Shown: positions 9,675 to 19,958 of the stretch, in pieces
Position numbering within the stretch: position 1 is the stretch's first letter
How the letters are laid out: every line of letters starts with the position of its first letter
NCBI GenBank assembly: GCA_001275005.1
Contig: JWZX01002887.1
Location: 1 to 54,585, forward strand
Origin: Chrysochromulina tobinii
Lineage: Eukaryota
Direction: 5' to 3'
DNA length: 54,585 nucleotides
Notes under the pieces: model-generated
Database searches by the model: none
Told to the model about the DNA's origin: nothing
The model's input: the letters and a program-made list of their open reading frames with translations, nothing else
Made by a program: the position numbers and the translations under genes

Positions 9675-10811
9675 ATGCGAGGTCTCCTCTCCACATCGCT
9701 CGGCTTGGCCACTGCGACGCCTATGTCTTTACACCTGTTGAACAAAGCTGCGTACCCTGATGCTGTCTGCAACGATGGTACTCCGTCCGGCTATTACTTC
9801 CGAGACTCGCCGACTCAGTCCACCACGTGGATTGTGCACGCCAACGGTGGCGGGTGGTGCTATGACAAGAAGACATGCGCCGAAAGGAGCTCTAATCAGC
9901 GCTCATCCGGCGAGTGGCCCTCAACTTACGATGGGCAGGGCATCTTCAACTCGACTGACCCTCGCTTTAGGGACGCGAACCTTGTCTACATCGATTATTG
10001 CACCAGCGATGCTTACTCCGGCGCGTCACCTTCATCTTCCGTCGGCTTCGCGTTCCAGGGCCGAAGCGTCGTCCGAAGCGTCTTCTCCGACCTGATTTCC
10101 TCTCGTCGTCTCGGCGGCGTCCCTGGCACCAACGTGCTTTACGGCGGCTGCTCCGCCGGCGCCCGCGGCGCCATGTTCAACGCCGACGCGGTTGGTGCCC
10201 AGCTCCGTGCTGCGTTAGGAGGCAATCTCACGCGTTACGGCGCGCTCCTCGACTCGGCGTTTTGGCAGGACATCGAGCCGTACAACAGCTCGCTGCCGAG
10301 CTTGATGAACGTCACGGCCCAGGCGGTCGAGCTCTACGGCAACGCTGCGCTCGGGCTACCCGAGTGCAAGATGCAGTACCCCGCCGCAGACCAGACGTGG
10401 CGTTGCTACTACGGCGCCTACCTCCTCCCCCACGTCAAGGAGTCGTTCTTCCTGCACCAGTTCCTGTACGACTCCTACCAGCTTGGCAAGGATGGCGCCG
10501 GCAAGATCACCCCCTCCGGCGCCATGGTTGAGTATGACGAAGCGTTCCGCACGCTCACCCACCAGTTCGCGTCCGTCGACGTCAAGGCGTCCGCTCTCAA
10601 GCCAGGGGACAAGGGTGTCATGCTGCCAGCGTGCTACAAGCACTGCAACACTCTCGAGGGCACGTGGTCCACCCTGATGACGCAGGGCAAGACGCTTGAA
10701 GAGGCAGTCGCGTCGTGGTTTTTCAGGGATGGCACCGTGGACGACTACGTGGAGAGCAGCTGCGTAGGCTTCAATTGTGGATGCACACCTCATACGAGTT
10801 GTAGTAAGTAA
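9675..10811 (+). CDS. Secreted pectin acetylesterase/Notum-family esterase
   Basis: Signal peptide; AVCNDGTPSGYY, GGGWC, NLVYIDYCTSDAYSG, nucleophile motif GCSAGA, YDSYQL, PACYKHC. The current stop codon is supplied by the adjacent LINE tail. Confidence 0.9.
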   Translation: MRGLLSTSLGLATATPMSLHLLNKAAYPDAVCNDGTPSGYYFRDSPTQSTTWIVHANGGGWCYDKKTCAERSSNQRSSGEWPSTYDGQGIFNSTDPRFRDANLVYIDYCTSDAYSGASPSSSVGFAFQGRSVVRSVFSDLISSRRLGGVPGTNVLYGGCSAGARGAMFNADAVGAQLRAALGGNLTRYGALLDSAFWQDIEPYNSSLPSLMNVTAQAVELYGNAALGLPECKMQYPAADQTWRCYYGAYLLPHVKESFFLHQFLYDSYQLGKDGAGKITPSGAMVEYDEAFRTLTHQFASVDVKASALKPGDKGVMLPACYKHCNTLEGTWSTLMTQGKTLEEAVASWFFRDGTVDDYVESSCVGFNCGCTPHTSCSK

Positions 10812-10952
10812 GTAAGTAAAACACGCCAACAGGCAGCGTACACGTGGCGAGGGGGGTACCCAGGCATACAAGGCGTGTACGGTGTTCAGCAGTCGGGAGT
10901 TGAAGCTAACGAAAGTCGTCAGTCAGCACCCGCCCGCGGCTCAAGAGCCGGG

Positions 10953-13900
10953 TCATGCACTAGAAGGCGGAGGTGCGCGATCGCGTAGCCGCGCGCGCCA
11001 CTGTTGCGCCTCCCTTTCCCTCTCCTGTCTCCAGCGCGCCTCATCCCGATGGTTGGCCCGCCGGCTCGTATGCCCGGCCTGTGTGGCGCGCGGTCCAAAG
11101 AGCTCCGCTTCCAACTTCCTCGCCTCGGCGCGCAGATCAGCGGTGAGGTGTGTGACGCTGACCCAAGACTCCTCCCAGAGATCCCCGTCTGAGTCCTCCC
11201 CTTCCCATTCCACGAGGACGTCCAACGGTCGCCCTCGCCGCCCCTCATGTCTCCGTACGGCTCGAATGCACCTCACTGCCCATCGTCCACCATCGTCAGC
11301 CTCGATGCCGTCTCGCACCGGTCCCATAGCGATCCTCTGACGCACCTCGCGCCTGCCGCGTAGAACGTCTTGCCGTCTCCTTTTCCCCCTCTGCGGATCC
11401 CACCTCGGCGCTATCTCGATCTCCATCACCTCGCCCACATCCTCCCCTGCGCGGCCACTGAGAGTATGCTGCGACGCCACCTCCGCCGGTCCGTAGAAGA
11501 CCTCTGTGGGTTCTTGCCCCACTCGCACATAGTGACCGACGCGCAAGTTATTGATGCCCAGTTTCCTCCACTCGCACGCGCTCAGGATCTGCTTCGTCGC
11601 CAACAGAGCTCGGAGCCCTTCGTGAATCAGCTCGAACCTCTCCTCCACCTCCTGCGTAGTGAGCAGCTGCCAACAACGCCCGTCCGCCCTCTTCGCCCAG
11701 CGTCGCATGCCCTCTCTTTGCGCCGCGAGCGCTCTGCCTTGTTTTGCCCGTGCGAGCCGGAGATTGCAAAGGTGGAGAGACCACCAGCCTCCAAGGCTGA
11801 GCCATCGTCGCCACGCATGCTTTTGCGCAATGCAGAGCTCCGCGATGCGGACGCCGGTCGTCCGCAGTTCTCGTGTGTCACCCAGGGCCGCGCGCAGAAG
11901 GTGCTCCCGCAGATGCGCCCGACCCGAGCCATGTAGCACGCACCTTCCGCTTTTTCCACGCCCCCGCGCAAGTACGAGTCGCCACGCGAGCCACACCCGC
12001 AGCATGAGCCATTCTCCCGGCCCATTTGCAGCCTGTTCTTCCTGTATCTCGGCCTGCTGTTCCTGCACGGCCGTGCGCAAGCGGCGCCTTGAGTACCCAT
12101 CCAGTCCCTCCAGATTCGCAACGTAGTCCCTTGCCAGGCGAAGTTGCCGCAACGCCGCCCTCCTGCGAACAGTTGCAAGCCGCGTAGTTCGGAGCATAGC
12201 GTGAAAGATCTTGCCCAGGAGCCGTAGATTCCGTACTCGCGCCCAGAACGCTTCCCGCCCCGCTTTGCAATGTTCCTTTCCCAGCTGCTGTTGTCGGCAC
12301 CCACGCACTACCATTTCCGTCAGTGCAAGTCTCCACTGACCGTTCGAGTCCGCCCTAGAACCCGAGATGCGTATCATGCCGGCTGCCGCCGCTCGCCAGT
12401 GCTCGGTCTCCCATGCGTCCCGAGCTCCACGCTGAATGCAGTTCTGGACATATTGTCTCTGAGCCAACGACCCCGCTGCTCCATCCGCCGCGACCCATCC
12501 CTGCAATCCTTGATGAATGAGAAGGATCAGGTCGTCGAGCTGGCTGTGCGGCACGAGCTCCTTGCCAACCTGCGATACGACCATGCGCCTTCGTGCCTCC
12601 ACCGCCTGCAATGCGTACGCTTTACGTGCCGCCAGCAGCGGGTCTCCCACACATTCGAAATGGAAGTGCCACCAAGTAGGTGCGCACTCCGCCCGTGCGA
12701 ACCATCTCTGACCGTCTCGGATCGCGTCGCCGGACCCCACCTCCGCCCCATCATACTCGGATTCTTCCTGATCGGAGATCGTACAGACCTCGCCGAGTTC
12801 CTTCTCGAGGCGGGTTCGAAGGATAGCCGCTAGCCGAGGGTGGATCACAGCCCGCCGTCGCGCCCCTGCCGAGGCATGAATCTCGCGCCATCCGTTCCGC
12901 TGCGTCCGGCACCCAAACGGACACCATTCCGCCTGCAGCAGTCTACGCATCATCGTGTTGGCGTATGGCTGGTCCACATACTGACAGCGTCTCGCTGCGA
13001 TCTCGTCGCACAGTTGTTGTGTCTCCGCCGTGACGCCAAGCAGATGCACGTGTTCTGTATTGTCCCGCAGAACGGTCCCAGAGACCCGACTGCGCAACCG
13101 AGCCGCCACAACTCGACGCATTCCCTGCATCGCGTACTCCTGGGCTGCGCCTCTGTGCGACGGGAAGGTCATGGAAGCAAACTTGACACTCCCACGCGGG
13201 ATCGGGTAATCATCCTCGAGCCCGAAGGTATCGCACGCAACATCCGCCCACTCATTGAGGGGCTCCCCCACATGCGAGGTCTGCCACAGCAGCACCAGCA
13301 CGGCCACCTTCCTCCGTAGGCGCTCAAAGTGTTCCAAGAGCTCGGCGGCAAGCCGATCCCCGCGCGCACGCGCGCTCAGCCTTCCGAACCGAAGCATCGC
13401 CCGTACGGGCGACGTAGCGTCAAAGACCAAGATGACCCTCTCTTCCGATCCCCGCCTTACAGCATCCGTGAGTGCGTCCAGCTGCGCCGCAAGTTCGGCG
13501 ATGTAGTTATCGGCTTTCACGTCCGCCTCGAAGATCCTCCCTCCCAGTACGCGCCCTTCGTGATCGATCGCCGCCCTCGTGGCGATGCGTACTTTGCCAC
13601 CGTTCTCCGTCTTGACCTCTCTCCAGCCGCCGTCCAGAGTATAGATGCGCGTTGCGCAGATGCGCGCTGACCACGTAGTCAGCTTGCCCCAAAGCTCCCG
13701 CTGTGTCGAGAGCTGTACATGAGTCTCTTGCCTTTTTGTGCCATCCCCCGCGACGACCTCGACGTCCCCCAGCGCTAATCTCGCCCGCGCCGTGATCTGC
13801 ACCGCCGGGTCCAACAGCCCTAGTTGGTGTGGCTCCAGCCTTCCGCCTTGCCGCAGGCATAGAAAGCCCATCTCATCAAAGACGTAGTGAAACCTCATCA

Positions 13901-16622
13901 CGCTCGCTCTTTCTTCCCATCCAGTCAGAAAGCCCTGCTCGTCGACATCCGAACGTCGTAACCACGACGCCTCCCCGCCGCGTGGTTCCTCCTCACAATC
14001 AATGTCGAGAAAGATTCTTCCGCCCATTGCGTCCGCATGGGCATCACCCCCACCCACGCACCATTCCCCCTTTTTTGGCTCTTGAATGCCTTTGAAAGTA
14101 CTCCGTAGGAGTGACTCCCACTCCACCCGTTCCGGTTCTCGCCCCTCCCGCATGGCACGTTGCGTAGAGCGAATGGCCTCATGCAGCGCTGCCTCGCCAG
14201 CCTCCTCGGTAGAGGTGCCTTTGACTGCCCGTTGCCCGAGACGGAGGCCCTCCGAGTCAAGCACGAGACCGCGCTGTCCCCACGCGCGGATCGCTTCGCG
14301 TTCTGGTGCCACGACCTCCGCGAGCCGTTCTTCGAGAGCGGCCACCGTCCTGTCCCAATCCGCCGCCGCTTTTGCGTGAAGCCACGGGTACAGGCGGCGC
14401 GCCTCCTCAAACGAGAGCCACCGCGGCCCATCCTCCCCGGCACCCCAAGTAGCCATCTGCCCCGCCACCCGGATCCGCGCGTCAAGAAGCCACGCCGCCG
14501 GTTCGATGCCGAGGCCGCCCATCTTTTCTGTGTCGAAGAGCGCAATCGACTCAAGTCGTCGAAAGTGCGGCCTCGCCTCACTCAATGGGTCCCACGTCTC
14601 CGGCTCTGCCGTCCACCGCCAGTTCTCCTGCGGGGCGTCGTCATCTCGGATCAGGCTCGAAATGAACATAAAGCTTTCGCCCAGGTACTTGTGCCGTCCT
14701 TTGAGGTGCCTCTCGAGCGCCTCAGTAAGATGCCACCACGAGTACGTCCGCGGGTCACCCTGCACGCCCCACCTCGAAAGGCCGAGTGCCAATGCCGACC
14801 GGGCCGCGGCTCGTTGAGACGTGTCCTCCCGATCCGCGAGCGCTCTGGTGAACGCCACGTAAAACGAGGAGCAACCAATGGCCCAAAGATGTCGTCTCCC
14901 TTCTCCCACAGTCCCGCCTCCGCCCTCGTACAAGAGGCACGCTGGCGTGGATGAGTCCCTTCTCGCCTTACGGTTGAATACTCGCCTCCACTCCTTCTCG
15001 ACATCCTCCATCCACTCGAAGGTATAGTATACGGTGCTGCACTTGAAGCCCGCGAGGCCTTGGAAGAGACCGTTGGTGACCAGGATCATGTCCCGTCGCG
15101 AAGGCTTGTGCATGCGGGCAACGCGCCCAATCGCCGCTCGGAGCTGTTTTTTGAGAGAGTCCGCCGCCGCGCCGTCCCCGCCCATCGCCACTCGAAGCAC
15201 TCCCAAGTGTTTATAGGCCTCGCTCCGAGTGAGAGCTGGTACGCGAACTCCGTCTAGAGTGACCAGCCTCGGGTCGACGATATCGCTTTCGTGTCCTTGG
15301 TCGTCGCGAAGAACGCCGGTGACCACCGTCTTGAGCTTCTGCTTAATGCCGAGCTTTGAGCCTGAGATCGGAACCCACACGCTCCAAATTGCCCACGCGC
15401 GCTTGAGATCCGCCTCGCTTGTGAACGTTCCCGCCCAGTCGTCAGCATAGGCCAGACTCGCTATTGCTCGGATATGACCCTCCTCGTCCTCCCCGAAGCC
15501 AAAAAGCTGAACACCGTGGACGTGGAGGTGGATCGCCCACAAGATTGAGTTGAGGATGATCTTCGCCCTATCGGGCGACAACACCTCCCCCATAAGCGCA
15601 CCCATGTGGTTCCTGAAGGACGCGCTCAAGCCAATTGAGGTGTCGAACTGACACTCGACCGCTTCGGCCGCTACTGCCCGCCCCGCTCCATAAATTTGCC
15701 CAACCAGCTCGATGACTGGCGGTGGGAGCCCAATCAAGACCTCGGCGACAGTGAGAGCTTCCCGATCGATACGCGGGAAGAAGGTCGCGAGGTCGACATA
15801 CAAGATCCATAAGGATTGACGCAATCGCTGCGCCTGCTGTATCACCGCCGCCAAAGGAATCCCGGCGTCGACCGTGCCGTACCCAGGTAACCACCCACAC
15901 TGCTCGGAACGGAGCCGTCCTGTGATGAGCCGATAGGCTGTCGCCCTGACCATGTGCATGACCAACTTCATGTCCTGCGCCATCAACGCGATCTCGCGCC
16001 TTTCCGAGATAAGCGCCTGGTTGCTGGGAGGTGGTTTCGCCAACAGTACGTAGATGACCCTCCGCCAAGAGGGGGGAAACTCTCCTCCCAGCAGATCCGC
16101 CATAAGACAATCAAAAAACGCCCTCTTGACCTCGCGGCCAGCATGGATGAGAAGCTCAATGGAAAAGCCGCCGTGCCCCACTGCCTTCCCCCTTGGCACG
16201 CGCTGTAGTACTTGCAGGAACACCGGAAATGTGAGCTCCTTGGCCAGCTCCCATTCGCCTCCATCTCTTCCCCTTAGAGTCTCGTACGCCGGACAGAAAA
16301 CTTTGCAGAAGGCCTTGAAGGCCTCGATGATCGGTGGCGTGGAAGAGAAGCCGCTGACCAGACGATCGCCCTCTCGAGCCAATCCGTTGAGAAAGGTGTC
16401 CGGGTCTGTCGCGGCGAGCATCGGAGCCTCGTGGACGTCGTCTCTAGGGTGAAATCTGTCAAAAGCGAGAGCGGCACGCGGCGGGCGGATCGCCTTCCAC
16501 GCCAGCATCGCTAATCGAGCAAGATCCTTGCTGCCCTTTCCCTCCACGATGCCGAGCGACAGCTCTTTGAGGCGAGCGTCCTCGCGCTGCTGCTTGCGCC
16601 GCAGCCTCTGGTTCGCGGAAGT
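10953..16622 (-). CDS. LINE polyprotein, C-terminal part: reverse transcriptase, RNase H-like, CCHC finger, chromodomain
   Basis: RT motifs KAVGHGG, RREIALM, EQCGWLPG, LYVDLATFFPRIDR, GALMGEVLSP, LAYADD (about 15438-15455), YKHLGV. RNase H-like IYTLDGG...NYIAELAAQLDAL...ILVFDATS...SHVGEPLNEWAD (about 13230-13650). Chromodomain WAVRCIRAVR...VLVEWEG...EESWVSVTHL (about 11130-11285). Confidence 0.9.
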   Translation of the reverse strand, partial: TSANQRLRRKQQREDARLKELSLGIVEGKGSKDLARLAMLAWKAIRPPRAALAFDRFHPRDDVHEAPMLAATDPDTFLNGLAREGDRLVSGFSSTPPIIEAFKAFCKVFCPAYETLRGRDGGEWELAKELTFPVFLQVLQRVPRGKAVGHGGFSIELLIHAGREVKRAFFDCLMADLLGGEFPPSWRRVIYVLLAKPPPSNQALISERREIALMAQDMKLVMHMVRATAYRLITGRLRSEQCGWLPGYGTVDAGIPLAAVIQQAQRLRQSLWILYVDLATFFPRIDREALTVAEVLIGLPPPVIELVGQIYGAGRAVAAEAVECQFDTSIGLSASFRNHMGALMGEVLSPDRAKIILNSILWAIHLHVHGVQLFGFGEDEEGHIRAIASLAYADDWAGTFTSEADLKRAWAIWSVWVPISGSKLGIKQKLKTVVTGVLRDDQGHESDIVDPRLVTLDGVRVPALTRSEAYKHLGVLRVAMGGDGAAADSLKKQLRAAIGRVARMHKPSRRDMILVTNGLFQGLAGFKCSTVYYTFEWMEDVEKEWRRVFNRKARRDSSTPACLLYEGGGGTVGEGRRHLWAIGCSSFYVAFTRALADREDTSQRAAARSALALGLSRWGVQGDPRTYSWWHLTEALERHLKGRHKYLGESFMFISSLIRDDDAPQENWRWTAEPETWDPLSEARPHFRRLESIALFDTEKMGGLGIEPAAWLLDARIRVAGQMATWGAGEDGPRWLSFEEARRLYPWLHAKAAADWDRTVAALEERLAEVVAPEREAIRAWGQRGLVLDSEGLRLGQRAVKGTSTEEAGEAALHEAIRSTQRAMREGREPERVEWESLLRSTFKGIQEPKKGEWCVGGGDAHADAMGGRIFLDIDCEEEPRGGEASWLRRSDVDEQGFLTGWEERASVMRFHYVFDEMGFLCLRQGGRLEPHQLGLLDPAVQITARARLALGDVEVVAGDGTKRQETHVQLSTQRELWGKLTTWSARICATRIYTLDGGWREVKTENGGKVRIATRAAIDHEGRVLGGRIFEADVKADNYIAELAAQLDALTDAVRRGSEERVILVFDATSPVRAMLRFGRLSARARGDRLAAELLEHFERLRRKVAVLVLLWQTSHVGEPLNEWADVACDTFGLEDDYPIPRGSVKFASMTFPSHRGAAQEYAMQGMRRVVAARLRSRVSGTVLRDNTEHVHLLGVTAETQQLCDEIAARRCQYVDQPYANTMMRRLLQAEWCPFGCRTQRNGWREIHASAGARRRAVIHPRLAAILRTRLEKELGEVCTISDQEESEYDGAEVGSGDAIRDGQRWFARAECAPTWWHFHFECVGDPLLAARKAYALQAVEARRRMVVSQVGKELVPHSQLDDLILLIHQGLQGWVAADGAAGSLAQRQYVQNCIQRGARDAWETEHWRAAAAGMIRISGSRADSNGQWRLALTEMVVRGCRQQQLGKEHCKAGREAFWARVRNLRLLGKIFHAMLRTTRLATVRRRAALRQLRLARDYVANLEGLDGYSRRRLRTAVQEQQAEIQEEQAANGPGEWLMLRVWLAWRLVLARGRGKSGRCVLHGSGRAHLREHLLRAALGDTRELRTTGVRIAELCIAQKHAWRRWLSLGGWWSLHLCNLRLARAKQGRALAAQREGMRRWAKRADGRCWQLLTTQEVEERFELIHEGLRALLATKQILSACEWRKLGINNLRVGHYVRVGQEPTEVFYGPAEVASQHTLSGRAGEDVGEVMEIEIAPRWDPQRGKRRRQDVLRGRREVRQRIAMGPVRDGIEADDGGRWAVRCIRAVRRHEGRRGRPLDVLVEWEGEDSDGDLWEESWVSVTHLTADLRAEARKLEAELFGPRATQAGHTSRRANHRDEARWRQEREREAQQWRARLRDRAPPPSSA

Positions 16623-19600
16623 TCAACATCGTCGGCACCGTCTAATGATCTTTGCCCAGCATACGTCGTCGCCGGCGCTCTCGTATCTTGCCCGTATTTT
16701 CCAGAGCCGCGAGTGATGATTGAAAAGCCCTCCTTGAACATCATGTGGGGAGATTCCTCTGTGTCGGGCAGCATAGGCTTCCTGTAACCATCTGCGCCAC
16801 CGATGCGCCATCTCGAGCGGGCGCTCTTGCCTACGCGCTCGGACCTCCGCCGCAACCTGTTCCGCGGCCCGCCTAAGAGCTTGGACTGCAGACGCCACCG
16901 CGTGTACCGTGCCACGAGCCCGGAGAATTTCTTCGTGCACATCGCCGTCTCGTACTCGATCTCGATAGCCATCCTTGATGCGCTCATCACCTCTTGGTAA
17001 AGCCGAGAGGGGCCTTCTTTCCCCTTTGAGAATCGTCTCCGGGACCTCCCTAGAGAAAGTAAGCCAAGCATGGTCCGAGAGCGGTTTGGCCGAGGCGACC
17101 AAAGGACCATCGGAGTCAAAGGCAAAGTCCACGATTGTGCGCCGCCAGGTTGCACATTCGCATCCGATTGCCACAGCACCGTCCAGCATCGATCCGCCGC
17201 CCTCCGCGTCGCTCACCTCCCCCGCGGTACCACCTCTCCGTGTCCAGACGATCATCGGCCGAGACTCTACGGGCAATACATATTCCGCCCCCGGTTGCGT
17301 GATAAAGTCCTTAAACAATTTGTCCTTGGCATCAAGTTCCGCCCCTGAGGATCGCCACGCAACGTCCGCCACATAGTTGAAGTCGCCAACCACGAGACAT
17401 CCCTTGCTCTCTTGAGATGCATCAGCGGCCCACGCGTACGTCGCCTGGAGCTGTTTGCTGAAGCTCGAGGTGCCGTCGTGATGCAGCCCATGAATTGCAG
17501 CGATCCGCATGCGGATCTGTTCCTTTGCATTCCGCCCTCGTATCCACACGCCGAGGACTCGCTCCTCGATCCGCACGTGACGTTCGATGGTGCACGTCGC
17601 GCGCTTAACAAGCACTGCGATGCCATTGGTGAGAGACTCACTGCTCTGTAATTGTTCGCGCTGGCTCCCGCCCTCGCCAACCATCCAGCGCACGTAATAG
17701 CCAATCTTAGCCGCGAGCGCCCGTAGCCCATGTGTCTCGGCGATGAATGCCTCATGCGAGCCCATTACCTCGAGTAAAAAACAGACGTCCACATCCTCAT
17801 CTTGAAGACGACGCAAGATCCACCGCATCTTTTTCCGGGACGCCTCGCGCGAAGGATTCGCGTCTGCGTGGAGTTCACGCGCGTTCCACAGCGCCACATG
17901 AAACATGCCAGCCACGGTGTTCCCACGTAGTGATCTCATAAACCTCTTCCACGCTCGTCGATTGATATGCCAGCGGAGGCGTCGCCGTCGTATGCACTTC
18001 GGATCTGCGATTGCTATTCTGCTTCGTGTGACCGCCCAGGGCAATCTCCGCGCGCTCGCTGTCTGCTGCTTATGAGTGAGCCCGACGTTGCATGAAGTGT
18101 TCGTGATAAGCGTCGGAATAGGGCTCGGCGCTGATTGCCTGATTGCTGACAGCTCTTCGCCCTCGCCTTGCCTATCTGGTTCCCATCTTGGACTTGGCAC
18201 CGGATCTGCGTTTTGCTGAGTCGATGAGCTGTCCGCAGTCGGGTTTGGAATGTCTTCGATCGCGTCAAAGCAGTCCCAAAAGGCGGGTCCCGCGTCGTTG
18301 CACGAGGCACCACGCACTGCGATCCCAAAGCGTTGCAGAGCCGACCGATCATAACAGCGCAAGTCCATGGCCTCTCGACATAGCAGCGTCGAAGCGTCAG
18401 CGCGTCGCAAGTCCATCGTCGTACAGCAAGCGGCCTTTCCAGGGAGCGCCTCGCCACGCGTCGCAAGACACAGAAGTACGACGAGCATTCCATGAAAGCC
18501 ACGCGTGCTCGCAAATGACGAACCTCCGAACTTGCCGTGCTCGACTCGGCGCTCTCGTGAATAAAAGACTGGAGTTGACTTGATTCCCGAAGTCGGCATA
18601 GGTATAGACATAGACTCGCACACCGACTTGACATATGATATGCCCCAAAGTCCGTCTACCGCCACACTCCGAGGCCCGTGCTCAGTATTCCATGGCAGAC
18701 TCTCCCCAGGCCGATGATCGCGGGCGTACCCGCCGTCTCTAGTCATCGCCATCTGGTCCCTAACATGGGGCACTCGTCCACCGGGCTCTGCCGACCGACC
18801 TGAGCCATCGGCTCCTCGAGTGTCCGAGGCCGTCTTCGCGAGCGCAGCTGCGCCTACGGCTGCTTCCTGCTCGGGTGCATGCGCCCTCCCACGCTTCACG
18901 ACATGCCTGCCCTCATGGCTTGGCAATGCGTCTTGAGTCTTCCCGTCCGTCCCTCTTGCTTGCGCTTCCAGACTCGCTGCCTCGCTTGCCAGGGGTCTCC
19001 ATTCGCCTTCAGTCGTCCTCAGCAGACCTGCGTGTGCGAGAGAGGCGAGGGCGGTGACTCGCGTGTGCATAGCATAGATGTCGCGCAGTACCGCGCACTG
19101 CCGCCGAGCCAGCGCCGTGGCCACATCCGCATACCCCGCCGAACCGTCCTTGAGCTCCTTGATTGCAATCGCCGAGGCCTGCATCACCGACCTCTGCTCG
19201 AGCATCTCGCGTTGGACCGCGTTCATGAAGTTTTGAAGGGTTTGCGAGAGGCCGCCAGCCTGCGCGGTGAAGGCGAGGCTGCATCTGCGCCTGTTGCTGA
19301 ACCACCTTCCGCAGATCGTCCATCGCAGCCGTGTGTAGCGTCTCCGTGTGCGCCGCCTGTGCCGCCTGGTCAGCCAGCTGCTTGCGCAGGTCCGCCGCGT
19401 GCGCCGCGTGTGCCGCCTCACTAGCAGCCAACTGCTTGTGGAGGTCGCTCATCGTCGTAGCGTGCTGTCCTTGCATCTCCGTGATCACCGTCGCCTGCCT
19501 GTCCATGAGCTCCTGCATGTGCGACGAGTACGCCGCGATCTTGGAGTCCTGCTCGAGGATGGCATCGGCGTTCATCTTGAGCTGCTTATCAAGCTCGCCC

Positions 19601-19902
19601 TTGAGCTTTTTGACCTCCTCAGAGCTCTTGCTGTTGTGCTCGGCGATGATTGCTGCAACGCGGTTATGTAACGAAGATGTCGTGGGAGCCGGGAGCTCGA
19701 ATGGCGGATTGCGTTACAGTTTGCACTTACATGCTTTCGCGACATCCGCGCCGACATGCCATGTGTGGCTGCACAGCTGCCGGTACGTGCCGGTGCGCGG
19801 TGCCGCAGCTCCACCTCCAGTGCGCAATGGAGTCGATAAGGAGTCGAACTTTCGACTTTGAGACGGTGCGTGGCCAGTCGAGTGGTGACCTGTGGTTGTC
19901 AT
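16623..19902 (-). pseudogene. LINE polyprotein, N-terminal part: coiled-coil region plus AP-endonuclease, disrupted
   Basis: APE motifs VALWNAREL, DVCFLLEV, NGIAVLV, LVVGDFN, LDGAV, LSDHAWL (about 17060-17905). The upstream coiled-coil ORF 19575-19009 shifts into this frame at about 19279. A TAA at 19714-19716 is in frame between ATG 19902 and ATG 19575. Confidence 0.75.
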
Positions 19903-19958
19903 TACTACTTGAGTTGACCTTGCTCAACGCAGTCGACCAATGTGTCCGGTGGCGTCCG

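Larger units (their letters stand above)
10802..19910 (-). mobile_element. Non-LTR retrotransposon (APE-RT-RNase H-CCHC-chromodomain), about 9.1 kb, probably an inactivated copy
   Basis: 3' tail (TTAC)n at about 10802-10820; candidate 6-bp TSD GAGTTG at 10796-10801 and 19911-19916; APE, RT, RNase H and chromodomain motifs; in-frame TGA at 16623-16625 and a frameshift near 19279. Confidence 0.88.

Noticed and set aside
15180..16230. RT as a retron, group II intron, DGR or telomerase
   Set aside because: The upstream APE domain, downstream RNase H/CCHC, simple-repeat 3' tail and TSD all indicate a non-LTR retrotransposon.
16623..16625. TGA as selenocysteine or an alternative genetic code
   Set aside because: TGA terminates many ordinary genes in the window, the position is not catalytic, and I could not identify a SECIS.
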